Below, in pieces: positions 55,394 to 56,389 of a DNA stretch of 56,389 bases. The position numbers and the translations under genes are program-made. The DNA is from a virus. Lineage: Duplodnaviria; Caudoviricetes. Positions within the stretch are counted from its first letter, which is position 1. Each line of letters opens with the position of its first letter. Location of the stretch: positions 1 to 56,389 of IMG/VR virus record IMGVR_UViG_3300035183_000021; one strand, written 5' to 3'. The notes beneath the pieces were generated by a model. The model was not told where the DNA came from. It made no database searches and saw nothing but the letters and a program-made list of their open reading frames with translations.

Positions 55394-55678
55394 ATGCCTT
55401 TCTATCTTGAATTTAAAACTGGTGGGTGCCCGAATTGCGGCCATCAGGCGGCCGTCCAATTGGACAGTCACCCGGCAGATACGTACTTCGTGTATGCATG
55501 CGAAGCATGCGATGCATGCTTCGCATTTGAGCACGGCGCGCCCGTGCTCATGACCGATAACGATTGGGCGGCGATTCGCGCCGCCCGGCAGGAGTATGAC
55601 TTAGAAATGGCCCAATATTGGGCCGAGGATGCCGCAATAATTGCGGCGGCTCGTGAAATCTACGAGGCGGATGAATAA
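55394..55678 (+). CDS. Small Zn-ribbon protein
   Basis: CPNCG...CEAC; SD AAGGAG. Confidence 0.65.
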   Translation: MPFYLEFKTGGCPNCGHQAAVQLDSHPADTYFVYACEACDACFAFEHGAPVLMTDNDWAAIRAARQEYDLEMAQYWAEDAAIIAAAREIYEADE

Positions 55679-55689
55679 TTTTCGCCTCA

Positions 55690-55715
55690 AGCCCTGCCGA
55701 AAGGCGGGGTTTTTT
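55690..55715 (+). terminator. Intrinsic terminator
   Basis: CCCTGCC-GAAA-GGCGGGG followed by T6. Confidence 0.75.
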
Positions 55716-55719
55716 GTTG

Positions 55720-55763
55720 AACTTGACACAAATGTAAAGTTATGCGACTATTACGTCATGCGC
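55720..55763 (+). promoter_or_regulatory. Promoter/operator copy 3
   Basis: AACTTGACA-CAAA-TGTAAAGTT-ATGCGACTATTACGTCATGCGC. Confidence 0.65.
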
Positions 55764-55815
55764 AGCATTCCGCTGCAACCCGCGCCTCGGGGGAGTTCAG
55801 GGGCAGGAGGAAGAA

Positions 55816-56079
55816 ATGGATAGCATGCTTAAGCATCAAGCCGAAGTTATTAAGGGTTTTTTTGGCGCGTTCGAGCTGCCCATTCATTGGGCTGTTGATC
55901 TTGAATCGAAGCCGCAACCCATGTTGATGGCGGCATTTTCCGATGGCGTTGTTAGGTGGGCTACGCTTTCACCAGAGAAACGTTTCTTGGCCTATTTCGA
56001 GAATATGAACACACAAGAATTTCGGAGGCGGTATAATTTCTGGCGCGGCACTCCGTGGTGGCGGTTCCCACAAAACTAG
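55816..56079 (+). CDS. Hypothetical early protein
   Basis: SD AGGAGG; 87 aa. Confidence 0.65.
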   Translation: MDSMLKHQAEVIKGFFGAFELPIHWAVDLESKPQPMLMAAFSDGVVRWATLSPEKRFLAYFENMNTQEFRRRYNFWRGTPWWRFPQN

Positions 56080-56096
56080 TTTCTGTCTCCGCCTCA

Positions 56097-56125
56097 AGCC
56101 CCGCCGAAAGGCGGGGTTTCTTTTT
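56097..56125 (+). terminator. Intrinsic terminator
   Basis: CCCCGCC-GAAA-GGCGGGG followed by TTTCTTTTT. Confidence 0.75.
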
Positions 56126-56269
56126 GTCCGTCCTTACGGGGGGCGGACATGGCTTTTCAAAACTGACCCCCCGCCGCAATCCCAAACCTCTCACAACACA
56201 ACCCCCAAAAACCTCGTGTAAAGTTAGCCTCTTGACTCCCCATCCCCACTTCGCAGCCACCTGCGCTCC

Positions 56270-56389
56270 GTCACTTCGTCACTTCGTCACTTCGTCACTT
56301 CGTCACTTCGTCACTTCGTCACTTCGTCACTTCGTCACTTCGTCACTTCGTCACTTCGTCACTTCGTCACTTCGTCACTTCGTCACTTC
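56270..56389. repeat. Tandem repeat (GTCACTTC)x15, running off the window end
   Basis: 120 bp perfect array. Confidence 0.95.

Overview
The window looks like a complete, circularly closed genome (~56.2 kb) of a tailed dsDNA phage with podovirus-like organisation. Positions 56240-56365 repeat positions 1-126. The + strand arm (0.5-34.2 kb) carries terminase, portal, scaffold, major capsid, adaptor/tail proteins, two paralogous tail fibres, a holin-endolysin-spanin cassette and three probable ejected proteins, one of 2656 aa. The - strand arm (34.2-55 kb) carries a primase-helicase, SNF2 helicase, nucleases, family A DNA polymerase, a tRNA(CAT), dUTPase, a MoxR-AAA/VWA module and many small early genes. 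A repeat-rich regulatory/origin-like region lies at 53.2-56.4 kb. I see no integrase, RNA polymerase, reverse transcriptase or CRISPR array. The top observation is a 290-aa intein (1217-2086) in the Walker A motif of the large terminase. It has no recognisable in-frame endonuclease. Instead an HNH endonuclease gene (1955->1242) lies on the opposite strand inside it, with its own near-consensus sigma70 promoter and Shine-Dalgarno. A second overprinted gene (28491-28637) sits inside the giant virion protein. All calls come from reading motifs and gene context by eye; no database search was run.
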